From: Candidatus Levyibacteriota bacterium
GTDB lineage: Bacteria > Patescibacteriota > Microgenomatia > Levybacterales > UBA12049
Assembly: GCA_043823085.1 (NCBI GenBank)
Contig: JBDRBE010000004.1
Location: 5,510-69,509, forward strand
Direction of reading: 5' to 3'
Length of the DNA: 64,000 bases
A program made the position numbers and the translations under genes. Below are positions 26,854 through 36,506 of this stretch, piece after piece. Within the stretch, counting starts at the first letter, position 1, and every line of letters begins with the position of its first letter. The notes beneath the pieces are model-generated. The model saw only the letters and a program-made list of their open reading frames with translations, did not search any database and was not told where the DNA came from.

Positions 26854-27570
26854 ATGAAATTATCAATTATAATTCCGGTTTACAACGAAGAAGGAACAGT
26901 CGCTGAAATTTTAAAGAGAGTAACAGCTTTAAACATTCCCGGTGTAAACAAAGAAGTAATTATTACAGATGATGGATCAACCGATGCAACGGCATCAATA
27001 ATCTCAAATCTCAAATCTCAAATCTCAAATCTCAAAATAATTTATCACAAAAAAAATCAGGGGAAGGGGGCGGCAGTAAGAACTGGAATTAAACATGCAA
27101 GTGGAGATTATATCTTAATTCAAGACGCAGATTTAGAATATAATCCAAAAGATATTATTAGGCTTTTGATACCTGTCAAAGATAAAATTGCCCAAGTAGT
27201 TTATGGTACAAGGCTAAATAGAATGCCTAATTTTACCAGAGATGAAAGAGAGCCACGTTTCCTGCTTCACTATCTTGGCAATAAAGCATTGAGTTTTATT
27301 ACAAGTTTATTGTACGGGCAATGGATTACAGACATGGAAACATGTTATAAACTTTTTCCCAAAAAATCGTTGGAAAAAATAAAACTTAATTCAAAAAGTT
27401 TTGATTTTGAGCCGGAAATTACTGCCAAACTTCTCAAAAATGGATATAAAATACTGGAGATTCCAATAACAACAAACCCAAGAGGATACAAAGAGGGTAA
27501 AAAATTGAATACTTTTAGGGATGGTTCAATAGCCCTTTGGACATTAATGAAATATCGATTTTTTGATTAA
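26854..27570 (+). CDS. GT2 polyprenyl-phosphate glycosyltransferase (DPM1-like)
   Basis: LSIIIPVYNEE, DDGSTD, NQGKGAAV, IQDADLEY, TDMETCYK, FDFEPEITAK, EGKK. Confidence 0.92.
   Translation: MKLSIIIPVYNEEGTVAEILKRVTALNIPGVNKEVIITDDGSTDATASIISNLKSQISNLKIIYHKKNQGKGAAVRTGIKHASGDYILIQDADLEYNPKDIIRLLIPVKDKIAQVVYGTRLNRMPNFTRDEREPRFLLHYLGNKALSFITSLLYGQWITDMETCYKLFPKKSLEKIKLNSKSFDFEPEITAKLLKNGYKILEIPITTNPRGYKEGKKLNTFRDGSIALWTLMKYRFFD
27000..27034 (+). repeat. Perfect 7-bp tandem array x5 inside a CDS (ISNLKSQISNL)
   Basis: (aatctca)5. Confidence 0.92.
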
Positions 27571-27573
27571 GCA

Positions 27574-29043
27574 ATGATTAAATTAGTGCAGTTTGCTAAA
27601 AAATATTGGTTTGAAATTTCTGTTTTTTTGATTCTTATTTTTGCAATATTTTTAAGGTTTTATAATTATGAAAATAGATGGGGATTAGCTTACGATCAAG
27701 CAAGAGATGTTATTGTTGCCAAGGAAGCAATTAGACAATTTAAGATTCCTTTAATTGGTCCTTTTTCCTCTGCCGGACAATTTGTTTATGGACCACAGTG
27801 GTTTTGGGTGTTAATGTTTCTCGTAAGCGTTTTTCCTTCGTCGATTATTACGCCGTGGATTATTTTAACGCTTCTATATGTGGCTATGGTTTTCCTTCTA
27901 ATTATTATCGGTAAAGAACTTGGAGGAAAATTTTTTGCAGTAATTTTAGGAGTGTTATCTGCTGTTTCTCCGGCACAAATTTCTCAAAGCATTAATCTTA
28001 CTTCTCCGTCATTCGTAAGTATTCTATCTGTGTTGTCGATATATTTTCTTATTAAATTCTTAAAAGACGGCAAAAAATTATTTTACTTTCTAATGTCATT
28101 TTGTGTTGGTACGGCAATAAATATTCATTTTCAAGCTCTTGGTCTGTTGTTTCTTATTCCAATAGCTTTTATATTTGGGAAGAGAAGCTTAAAAACTTTA
28201 TTCTCTTCAGTAATTGGGCTTATGAGTCCTTTTATTCCTTTAATTATTTTTGATTTATCCAATAAATTTTTTGAGAGTCGAAATCTTCTAGATTATTATC
28301 TTTACGGGCAGTATAGGATATATGTTCCCAATAGATGGCTTACTTATGCCGGCGAGTATTGGCCAAGGGCCTGGAGCTTGATAATTGGAGGAGAAAAAAT
28401 AATTGGTTATTTGTTCATGATTCTTGTAGCTTTTTTTATTCTTTTTCTTTTTAAAAAAAGAGAAAACAAGAAATTTATGGCAGTTCTATTAGGGTTTATT
28501 TTTTCTTTTTTAACTTTACGCTATTATCGGGGGGAAAGATATGACGCATATCTTGTTTTTTTGCATCCTTTTGTTTTAATTTTAAGCTCTTGGACAATAT
28601 GGAGACTATTTAAATTAAATAAAATTTTAGCAATGTTGTTATTATTTGCAGCAGTTTTTTTTAGTATAAAGTTAGAGATTAACGAGATAAAAAATGCAAC
28701 AAATGTTACGGCTTTTAATTCGAGTTCATTGGCAAAATCAATCATAGAAACATATCCGGGTAAAAATTTTGCCCTGTATGATCATGCTTTTAAATCAAAC
28801 AGCTATAGCCTTCCGTTAGCGCTATATTTAGACAAAGAGGGTAAATTATCGGACGATGGTTACAGGGTGGGTTTTGGATCAAAATTAAATACAGTTGATT
28901 ATCCGAAGATTAAAAATAACAAAATTGGATTTGACCTAAGAGATTTAAATACCAGTTCTTCAGCAGAGTTGCAAAAAAATAAATGGGTTTTAGTAAATCC
29001 TAGTGAAATCTACAAAATGACAGAAGATTGGTACAAGAAATAG
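27574..29043 (+). CDS. GT-C PMT/ArnT-like membrane glycosyltransferase (paralog of 36507)
   Basis: LRFYNY..RWGLAYDQARD, PLIGP, GP.WFW, NIH.Q, YVPNRWLTY. Confidence 0.8.
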   Translation: MIKLVQFAKKYWFEISVFLILIFAIFLRFYNYENRWGLAYDQARDVIVAKEAIRQFKIPLIGPFSSAGQFVYGPQWFWVLMFLVSVFPSSIITPWIILTLLYVAMVFLLIIIGKELGGKFFAVILGVLSAVSPAQISQSINLTSPSFVSILSVLSIYFLIKFLKDGKKLFYFLMSFCVGTAINIHFQALGLLFLIPIAFIFGKRSLKTLFSSVIGLMSPFIPLIIFDLSNKFFESRNLLDYYLYGQYRIYVPNRWLTYAGEYWPRAWSLIIGGEKIIGYLFMILVAFFILFLFKKRENKKFMAVLLGFIFSFLTLRYYRGERYDAYLVFLHPFVLILSSWTIWRLFKLNKILAMLLLFAAVFFSIKLEINEIKNATNVTAFNSSSLAKSIIETYPGKNFALYDHAFKSNSYSLPLALYLDKEGKLSDDGYRVGFGSKLNTVDYPKIKNNKIGFDLRDLNTSSSAELQKNKWVLVNPSEIYKMTEDWYKK

Positions 29044-29046
29044 AAG

Positions 29047-31467
29047 TTATTTTTTGAAAAAAATCCGCAAGAATAGGGCTAAATATATTAATAAGAAAGA
29101 GCTGCTAATTAGGAGTCCAATTTTAAACGAAGGGGAGTTATATGACATTACGATTTTATGTTTTCCTTTTGGTACTTCTATAGCTCGAAAAGAATAATTA
29201 GCCCTAAGTATTGTTGTTTCTTTCCCGTCAATAAATGCTTTCCAGTCGGGATAATAATTATCGGAGAGTACTAAAATACCATTGGAACTAGAATCTGATT
29301 CAATTTGAATTTTATTTTCCTGATAATTTTTGATTTTTACTTGTTGTATCTTTTCATCATTTTTTGCAATAGATAATTTTGGTTCTTTTTCTAAAATTAC
29401 ATTGGAAGAAGCATCGAAAGATTCGGAGAATAATTTCTCGAGGATTTTTTGATTGTCAGTGGCCACTTCATAATTGCTAACAAGATATGCTCTTGGTAGG
29501 GTAAAGTTATTAATTTTAACATACCAAGTGTTGTCTTCCCAAAGGATATTATTAATGCTGATACTTCCCTTGGGAACTTCAAATTTTTTAAAGATTAAAT
29601 ATCTTATGCCCAAAAGATTCAATAATCTGTTTCTTCTTACTTCAAGAGACGCGCTTACGGTAGTATCTTTTATAATTCCTACATCACTTCTTGATAGAAT
29701 TTTTCCTACTTTCCCGGAATTTGCATAATTGATAAGTTCTCCATAGCGTCTAATGTATAAAGGGTGATAATATTGTGGATCGTAGATGCGAAAATAAGTG
29801 GCAATATTGGTTGGAAGGTTAGCTTCTCCTATCCCAAAAACTCTTGAGTTTAAAGTGTTTTGGGTTAAAGCTCTCAAGAGATTATTTGTGGGAAGAAACG
29901 TCTCTTTTGGAGAGAATGGCATAAATTTATAGACATTATAGAGACCTAAAAACAGCACTATTAATAATGCAAGAATTTTAGATATAGAATAAAATTTTTT
30001 GTTTAGTTTTAAAATTACAATAAGAGCAGTAATAATAAATAGCATAGAAGGAATTACTTGGAGCAGAGTGTTTCTTAATGCAATTCCTTGACAGTTTTTA
30101 ATGATGTTATTTATGCAAGGGATTTCCTGTGGATTCATGAGTAGCGTGAATAAAAGCAAAAATATTATAAATGCTAAAAAAAATCCTACTTTTTTAATCA
30201 AAAGCTTTGGAAAATTTGCTATTTTTTCAAAATATAAGTTATCGAAACCATAGCCTGCAAGAATTACTAAGCAAAAAATAGTTATTAAAAAAATTCTTGA
30301 AGGGATGCCTGTAGAAATGATGGGGATAGGTAATGAAAATAAAAATCTTGAACCAAACCAATCGATGCATGAGATAATTGTTAAAACAATAATAATAAGA
30401 AATAATTTTCTAAGGTCAACGATTTTAATCTTAGAGATATTAAATATTCCTATATATGCAAAAAAACATGGAATTATGCCTAAATAAATAGAGCTTTGTA
30501 TGTAGCCTCCAGGCCCCCAAAAATTATAAGTTGCAAGGTTTCCAAAATAATTTGGAATAAATAATGTTAAAAAATGTTGAATTGGCAGTAAAAATTGCTC
30601 GAATATAAAAGAAGAGGACGCAGTATTAATATTTGCTTGTTTAAAAAGTTCAAAGGTTGGGATTAATTGAACAGAAGAAAGCCCAAAACCTAGCATTATG
30701 AGCAAAAGAGGGAATAAGAATTTTTTTAAATTTCTTTTGAAATTTCTCTCTTTAGAGAGAAATCGATAAAGATAATAAATAATTAAAAAAGAAATGATAT
30801 AAAGAGATATTTGAGGTTGAGTTGAAGCGATTAGTATGGAAAGTACTATCGGTAAAAGATAAATAAGTTTGGTTTTGTTATTTTGTAAATAACATTCGAT
30901 GAGGTATAGCGTTAATGGAAGAGAAGCAATTGCAATCCCATAGACTTCATAAATTAGTCTTACAACTGTGAAACCAGATAAAACGAAAGTAATAGAAGCA
31001 AATAAGGAGGCCATAAAGCTTAATGATATTTTTCGGCAGAATAAATAAGTAAAATAACCGATAAGAATAGGTTGGATAATAATTGAAATACTCCAGCTCA
31101 AATAGTTTGGGAGGAACAAAAACAGCAGCATAGAAGGACTTAAAAGTCCGGTGTTTATTGTTGCAAGAAGAGGCATGCCCGCGCCATTATAGGGATTCCA
31201 AAGAGGAGGTTCAAATCTTTTGAAAATATCTGCGGCAAGTGTTTTAAAAGGATAAATTTGTCTAAATACATCATCGGCAACAGGTTTATGCGCAAGTGTG
31301 ATGACGCCATTTGAAAAATTTTCGCTTTTCCATGGCTCGTACCATGAAAGTAAATAATTTCCGGGAAAGGGATACAATCCGCCAAAAAAGAATTTCCAAA
31401 AGATAAATATATCTAAAATAATAAACAAAAGGAATATAACCAATCGTTTTTTTATTATTTTTTCCAT
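29047..31467 (-). CDS. YfhO-like GT-C membrane protein (opposite strand)
   Basis: PPLWNPYNGAGMPLLA, PNYFGN, LPRAY, LSDNYYPDWKAFIDGKE, VPKGKH. ATG 31467 preferred over 31515. Confidence 0.85.
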   Translation of the reverse strand: MEKIIKKRLVIFLLFIILDIFIFWKFFFGGLYPFPGNYLLSWYEPWKSENFSNGVITLAHKPVADDVFRQIYPFKTLAADIFKRFEPPLWNPYNGAGMPLLATINTGLLSPSMLLFLFLPNYLSWSISIIIQPILIGYFTYLFCRKISLSFMASLFASITFVLSGFTVVRLIYEVYGIAIASLPLTLYLIECYLQNNKTKLIYLLPIVLSILIASTQPQISLYIISFLIIYYLYRFLSKERNFKRNLKKFLFPLLLIMLGFGLSSVQLIPTFELFKQANINTASSSFIFEQFLLPIQHFLTLFIPNYFGNLATYNFWGPGGYIQSSIYLGIIPCFFAYIGIFNISKIKIVDLRKLFLIIIVLTIISCIDWFGSRFLFSLPIPIISTGIPSRIFLITIFCLVILAGYGFDNLYFEKIANFPKLLIKKVGFFLAFIIFLLLFTLLMNPQEIPCINNIIKNCQGIALRNTLLQVIPSMLFIITALIVILKLNKKFYSISKILALLIVLFLGLYNVYKFMPFSPKETFLPTNNLLRALTQNTLNSRVFGIGEANLPTNIATYFRIYDPQYYHPLYIRRYGELINYANSGKVGKILSRSDVGIIKDTTVSASLEVRRNRLLNLLGIRYLIFKKFEVPKGSISINNILWEDNTWYVKINNFTLPRAYLVSNYEVATDNQKILEKLFSESFDASSNVILEKEPKLSIAKNDEKIQQVKIKNYQENKIQIESDSSSNGILVLSDNYYPDWKAFIDGKETTILRANYSFRAIEVPKGKHKIVMSYNSPSFKIGLLISSSFLLIYLALFLRIFFKK

Positions 31468-31532
31468 TTTAGGATTTGCAATGATTTTAATATTATAATA
31501 AAGTAAATATATCATAAGTTCTTGCCCGAGTC

Positions 31533-33224
31533 ATGAGAAAACAATTTATAGCCCTCTTTTTTATCATTCTTGTTGCTTCCTTCCTCCGTTTTTATCAATT
31601 GGGGACAATTCCTGCTGGTTTAACTAATGACGAGGCGAATACGGGCTACGATGCTTTTTCGCTCCTTCTTACCGGTCGCGATCAATGGAATAATTTTTTA
31701 CCGATAACTAATTTTATTGGTTTTGGAGATTATCCTCCGCCGCTCTATAGGTATCTTTCTATTGTTCCTATTTCTCTTTTTGGTTTAAATATGTTTTCAG
31801 TTAGATTTATTTCCGCACTTTCTGGTGTTTTGTCGGTCGTGGTTTTATATTTTTTAATCAAGAAAATTTTTAACCAAAAAGCAGCTATTTTTAGCGCATT
31901 ATCTCTTGCAATTCTTCCCTGGTCTATCGGTTTGAGCAGAGTTGCTATTGAGTCAAATCTGGCAATCCTTTTTTTAATCACTGCTCTTTATTTTGGAATA
32001 GCGCTAAAGTCTGATAAAAGTATTTTCTTTTCTGTCATATTTTTGGTTTTATCAATTTTTACCTATTCTGCCTATACACTTTTTGCGCCTTTGGTTTTTT
32101 TGCTGATTTTGTTTTTTAATTATAAAAAAGTAAAAACAAAGATACTTTTATTTTCGATAATTTTATTTTTATGTCTTTGTCTTCCACTTTTTGTTCATAA
32201 AGGGGCGGCTTCGACGAGATTCTCCCAAATTGGAATCACCCAAAACATAAATAGTATAGGGTTAATGAATGTTTTAAACGATCAAAGGGGACAATGTCTC
32301 AATTCGTTCAATCCTTTGATGTGTAAATTATCGGAAAATAAACCGGTACTTTTTACGGGTGTTTTTTTCAAGAATTATTTGTCCCACTTCTCGCTTAATT
32401 TTTTATACGCCAAAGGGACAGTAACACAGTTTTCGATTTTGGAGGAGAGGGGGTTGGATTATTTATTTTGCATCATTTTTCTTACCTTAGGTCTATATTT
32501 CCTCATTGCAAAAAATAAAAATACCAAAATTTCCTTAGTGGTAATTCTTCTTTTTCTTTTTTCAGCGATTCCTGATTCTCTAACAGGAGATGGAAATTAT
32601 TCCAGGGCTTCAATGATGCAGCCTTTCATCGCTATTTTGAATGGATTGGGTTTAGCTTTTCTTTTTGCTTTATTAAATAAGATAAAAAATAAAAATTTAA
32701 AGATTTTAGGAATGTTTTTTATAGCCTTTTTAATTATGTTTTCAATATCCTCGTTTTTTGTTAACTATTTAACTTACTTTAAAAATAATTATGCAATGTA
32801 TTCGCAATATGGCTATAAAAATTTGATGGAATATGTCGGTAAGGTAAAAAATGACTATGAAAGAATATACATATCTAAGCATTTAAATGATACCAAGCAA
32901 TACATATATTATTTATTTTTTAATAAATATGATCCAAGAAAATTCCAGACAAAAACGAACATAGGATATCATTTGGAAGATAACGGGTGGGTCTCCGTAG
33001 ATAGGATTGATAACGTTTACTTTGTACAAAACTTGCCACTAATCTCTAAAAAATTGACCAATTTGAACAATAACATTCTGTATATTTCGAATCCTGTTGA
33101 TTTTCCAAAAGGAGTGAAAACAGAATTTATAACGAAAGATAAGTTAGAAAACGTTATTTTTAAAGCAGTTAAAAAAGAAAATTTGATAGAATATTATCAG
33201 GAATTTGATTATTTAAATGAGTAA
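31533..33224 (+). CDS. GT-C PMT/ArnT-like membrane glycosyltransferase
   Basis: LRFYQLG..PAGLTNDEANTGYDA, GDY.PPLY, SVRF.SA, SR.AIE, QYGYK. Confidence 0.82.
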   Translation: MRKQFIALFFIILVASFLRFYQLGTIPAGLTNDEANTGYDAFSLLLTGRDQWNNFLPITNFIGFGDYPPPLYRYLSIVPISLFGLNMFSVRFISALSGVLSVVVLYFLIKKIFNQKAAIFSALSLAILPWSIGLSRVAIESNLAILFLITALYFGIALKSDKSIFFSVIFLVLSIFTYSAYTLFAPLVFLLILFFNYKKVKTKILLFSIILFLCLCLPLFVHKGAASTRFSQIGITQNINSIGLMNVLNDQRGQCLNSFNPLMCKLSENKPVLFTGVFFKNYLSHFSLNFLYAKGTVTQFSILEERGLDYLFCIIFLTLGLYFLIAKNKNTKISLVVILLFLFSAIPDSLTGDGNYSRASMMQPFIAILNGLGLAFLFALLNKIKNKNLKILGMFFIAFLIMFSISSFFVNYLTYFKNNYAMYSQYGYKNLMEYVGKVKNDYERIYISKHLNDTKQYIYYLFFNKYDPRKFQTKTNIGYHLEDNGWVSVDRIDNVYFVQNLPLISKKLTNLNNNILYISNPVDFPKGVKTEFITKDKLENVIFKAVKKENLIEYYQEFDYLNE

Positions 33225-34878
33225 GTTTTTTAATTGGAAGTTAATATTAATTTTTATAATTATTCTTGCGGGATTTTTAAGATTTTATAAGCTTTCATCA
33301 AATCCTCCTTCTCTGACATGGGATGAGGCGGCTTGGGGATATAATGCTTATTCTTTGGGAATTGATGCAAGAGATGAATTCGGCAGATTTCTGCCTTACG
33401 ATTATCTTGAATCATTCGGCGATTTTAAACCTCCTGCCTACGCGTATTTAGACATATTGCCTATAAAAATTTTTGGACTTAATGAATTTGGCGTTCGGTT
33501 TCCTTCAGCGCTTTTTGGCGTGCTAACAGTTTTAGCTACTTATTTTTTGGTAAGAAGAATATTTCCTAATGCGAAAAAATTTTCAATTTTCAATTTTCAA
33601 TTTTCAATAGCGGAGATATCAGCTTTTATTCTTGCTATATCCCCGTGGCATATTTTGCTTTCCCGTGCCGCATTTGAAGCAAACGTGGCTACATTTTTTC
33701 TGGTTACGGGAGTCTGGCTGTTTTTAGCAGGAGCCCATGAGAAAAAATGGTGTTTGCCTTTCTCTATTTTTTTCTTTGTCCTTTCCCTTTATGCCTTTAA
33801 CACTTCAAGGATTGTAGCGCCTCTTCTGGTTTTATTATTAATGATTGGTCTTAGAAAACAGCTTTTAGAGCGAAAAAAAGAAGCAATAATAGCTTGTATT
33901 GTCGGAGTAATTCTTGTTTTGCCAATAGCACGATTTTTACTTTCGCCTCAGGCAAGTCTTCGATTTCGCGAGGTAAATATTTTTTCGGATGCAAGCGTAA
34001 TTAAAACAGTTAATCAGGAAATTAAAAATGATAATAATGCTTTTTGGTCAAAAATTATTCATAACAGGCGTTTTGCATATGGGGTTGAGTATTTTAAACA
34101 TTATTTTGACAACCTTAGTCCCGACTTTTTGTTTATAAAAGGGGATGGTAATCCAAAATTCTCGATTCAGACAGTTGGGCAGATGTATCTTTGGGAAATA
34201 CCCTTTTTTATCGGAGGAATTTTGTTCATTTTTCGAAAAAGGCAAGGATATTGGTGGATTGTTCCGTTCTGGCTTGTTTTAGGAATTATTCCGGCAGCAA
34301 CCGCTCGAGAAACGCCGCATGCATTAAGAATAGAAACAACTCTGCCAACGTTTCAAATTCTAACAGCCATAGGCTTAGCGACGGCAATAGAATTTTTATT
34401 GGCAGTGAAGAATAAAGGATTGATTACAAAACTATTAAAACTATTTGTGATATGTTATTCGCTATTCGCTATTTTCAATTTTTCATATTTTTATCATGAT
34501 TATTTTACTCATTATCCGATACAATTTTCCGGAGAATGGCAATATGGATACAAAGAATCAATTGCTTTCGTTTCCGAAAATTTAAGTAAATATGATAAGG
34601 TTGAAATTACCGACGCACTTGGTAGACCTTATATTTATTATTTATTTTACACAAAAGAAAATCCCCAGGATTTTAGAGCATCTTTAAAAGTCAAAAGAGA
34701 TGTTTTTGGCTTTGTTAATGTAACTGGATTTGGTAAATATGAGTTTAAAAGTAATCTATCGATTGATAAAAATACCCTTTTTATTAACTCGCCTGTCAAC
34801 GTGCCAAAAAATGCGGAAGCGCTAAAAACGTTTTACCTTTTAGACGGTAATTCTATACTTTCTGCGTATTCATTATGA
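33217..34878 (+). CDS. GT-C PMT/ArnT-like membrane glycosyltransferase
   Basis: LRFYKL..NPPSLTWDEAAWGYNA, GDFKPP, VRFPSA, SPWH, SRAAFE, PHALR, WQYGYK. Confidence 0.85.
   Translation: MSKFFNWKLILIFIIILAGFLRFYKLSSNPPSLTWDEAAWGYNAYSLGIDARDEFGRFLPYDYLESFGDFKPPAYAYLDILPIKIFGLNEFGVRFPSALFGVLTVLATYFLVRRIFPNAKKFSIFNFQFSIAEISAFILAISPWHILLSRAAFEANVATFFLVTGVWLFLAGAHEKKWCLPFSIFFFVLSLYAFNTSRIVAPLLVLLLMIGLRKQLLERKKEAIIACIVGVILVLPIARFLLSPQASLRFREVNIFSDASVIKTVNQEIKNDNNAFWSKIIHNRRFAYGVEYFKHYFDNLSPDFLFIKGDGNPKFSIQTVGQMYLWEIPFFIGGILFIFRKRQGYWWIVPFWLVLGIIPAATARETPHALRIETTLPTFQILTAIGLATAIEFLLAVKNKGLITKLLKLFVICYSLFAIFNFSYFYHDYFTHYPIQFSGEWQYGYKESIAFVSENLSKYDKVEITDALGRPYIYYLFYTKENPQDFRASLKVKRDVFGFVNVTGFGKYEFKSNLSIDKNTLFINSPVNVPKNAEALKTFYLLDGNSILSAYSL
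33580..33607 (+). repeat. Perfect 7-bp tandem array x4 inside a CDS (FSIFNFQFS)
   Basis: (ttttcaa)4; the segment is absent at the equivalent site of paralogs 31533 and 34875. Confidence 0.9.
34441..34475 (+). repeat. Degenerate 7-bp array inside a CDS (LFVICYSLFAI)
   Basis: ctatttg tgatatg ttattcg ctattcg ctatttt. Confidence 0.65.
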
Positions 34879-36503
34879 GTAAAAAAATTATTATTATTTT
34901 ATTTCTAATTCTTGCGATTGCTACAGTTTTACGTTTTTATAAACTTGGTGATATCCCGCCGTCACCGGATTGGGATGAAGTTGCTTTAGGTTATGATGCA
35001 TATTCTATAATTCATACAGGACGTGATGAATACGGAAAGTTTTTACCGGTTGTTTTGCGATCATTTGATGATTATAAACCGGCTTTATATGCTTATCTTT
35101 CTGTCCCGTCGGTTTTCTTTTTTGGACTAAATGAATTTAGCGTTCGGTTTCCATCCGCCTTATTAGGTGTTTTAACTGTTTTTGCAACATTTTTTCTTGT
35201 AAAGGAATTATTTAAAAGAAACGAGATAGCGCTTCTTGCATCATTTTTTTTGGCGATTTCTCCCTGGCATATTCAGTTTTCAAGAGTTGGTTTCGAATCA
35301 AATATAGGTGTAGCTTTTAATGTTTTTATGGCGCTTTTTTTTATTAAAGCATTTAGAAAACCCTACTTTTTACTTTTTTCTGCGTTTTTTGCCGGCTTAA
35401 ATCAGTATATTTATCAAAGCGATCGGGTTTTTACGCCACTTTTACTCTTAGCGCTGGTCATTATTTATTGGAAAGACTTGTTTAAGATTTCTAAAAAATA
35501 TCTTTTGACATCGGTGATTTTAGGACTAATTGTCGTTTTGCCAATGATTATTTACATCGCAACCGATAAACAAGCTCTTCTTCGTGTTTCTGGAACAAGT
35601 ATTTTTTCAAGCCAAACCGAATTGCTCAAAAATGACATTCCAAAACTTCTTCGCGATACGGCAAAGAATGATAAAATTGGATTAATTCTTGACAACAGAC
35701 GTTTCACTTTTGCTAAAATAATAGCATCAAATTATCTTTCGCATTTTAATCTCAATTGGCTTTTTATAACCGGTGATATTGCAAGACATCATGCTCCGCA
35801 AATGGGCCTTTTGTATCTTTTTGAATTACCCTTTCTTTTTATTGGGTTATACATCTTTATTTTTGGTCAATACTCAAAAAAAACAAAGTTATTAATAATT
35901 GCTTGGTTTTTGATTACTCCAATTCCGGCCTCAATTACGACCGGCGTTCCGCATGCAGTAAGGACTTTAAATTTTCTTCCGACATTTCAAATTTTTATAG
36001 CCATAGGATTAATCACAGCGATAAAATTACTATCAAACATTAAGTTTTGGAAAATATTTGCTATTTGCTATTTGCTATTTGCTATCTTTAATTTTTCATA
36101 TTATCTCAACCAGTATTTTGTGCAATTGAATTACTTTAACTCACAGGAATGGCAGTATGGTTATAAACAAGCTGTTAGTGAGGTAAAAAATATTGGGGGG
36201 AATTATCCAAAAATTGTTGTTTCGGACAAAGAGCCATTAGATAAATCTTACATGTTTTTTCTATTTTATCTTCAATATCCGCCTTTTGAATATCAAAAAG
36301 TTGGTCAATATCAATCAGGTGGATTTGCCGCCCATCATAATTTTGATAAATATGAATTCAGGCCAATAGATTGGCAAAAAGATTCTAAAGCAAAAAACGT
36401 TTTATATATTGGAACACCTGGAGAATTTCCGCCAGATATTGATGCTTTAAAAGTAATTTATAATAAAGACGGCACGCCAGCGATAAAATTAGTTAGGACT
36501 TAA
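34875..36503 (+). CDS. GT-C PMT/ArnT-like membrane glycosyltransferase (tandem paralog of 33217)
   Basis: LRFYKLG..PPSPDWDEVALGYDA, DDYKP, VRFPSA, SPWH, PHAVR, WQYGYK. Confidence 0.85.
   Translation: MSKKIIIILFLILAIATVLRFYKLGDIPPSPDWDEVALGYDAYSIIHTGRDEYGKFLPVVLRSFDDYKPALYAYLSVPSVFFFGLNEFSVRFPSALLGVLTVFATFFLVKELFKRNEIALLASFFLAISPWHIQFSRVGFESNIGVAFNVFMALFFIKAFRKPYFLLFSAFFAGLNQYIYQSDRVFTPLLLLALVIIYWKDLFKISKKYLLTSVILGLIVVLPMIIYIATDKQALLRVSGTSIFSSQTELLKNDIPKLLRDTAKNDKIGLILDNRRFTFAKIIASNYLSHFNLNWLFITGDIARHHAPQMGLLYLFELPFLFIGLYIFIFGQYSKKTKLLIIAWFLITPIPASITTGVPHAVRTLNFLPTFQIFIAIGLITAIKLLSNIKFWKIFAICYLLFAIFNFSYYLNQYFVQLNYFNSQEWQYGYKQAVSEVKNIGGNYPKIVVSDKEPLDKSYMFFLFYLQYPPFEYQKVGQYQSGGFAAHHNFDKYEFRPIDWQKDSKAKNVLYIGTPGEFPPDIDALKVIYNKDGTPAIKLVRT
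36059..36086 (+). repeat. 7-bp tandem array x4 inside a CDS (AICYLLFAI)
   Basis: tgctatt x3 then tgctatc. Confidence 0.88.
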
Positions 36504-36506
36504 ATA

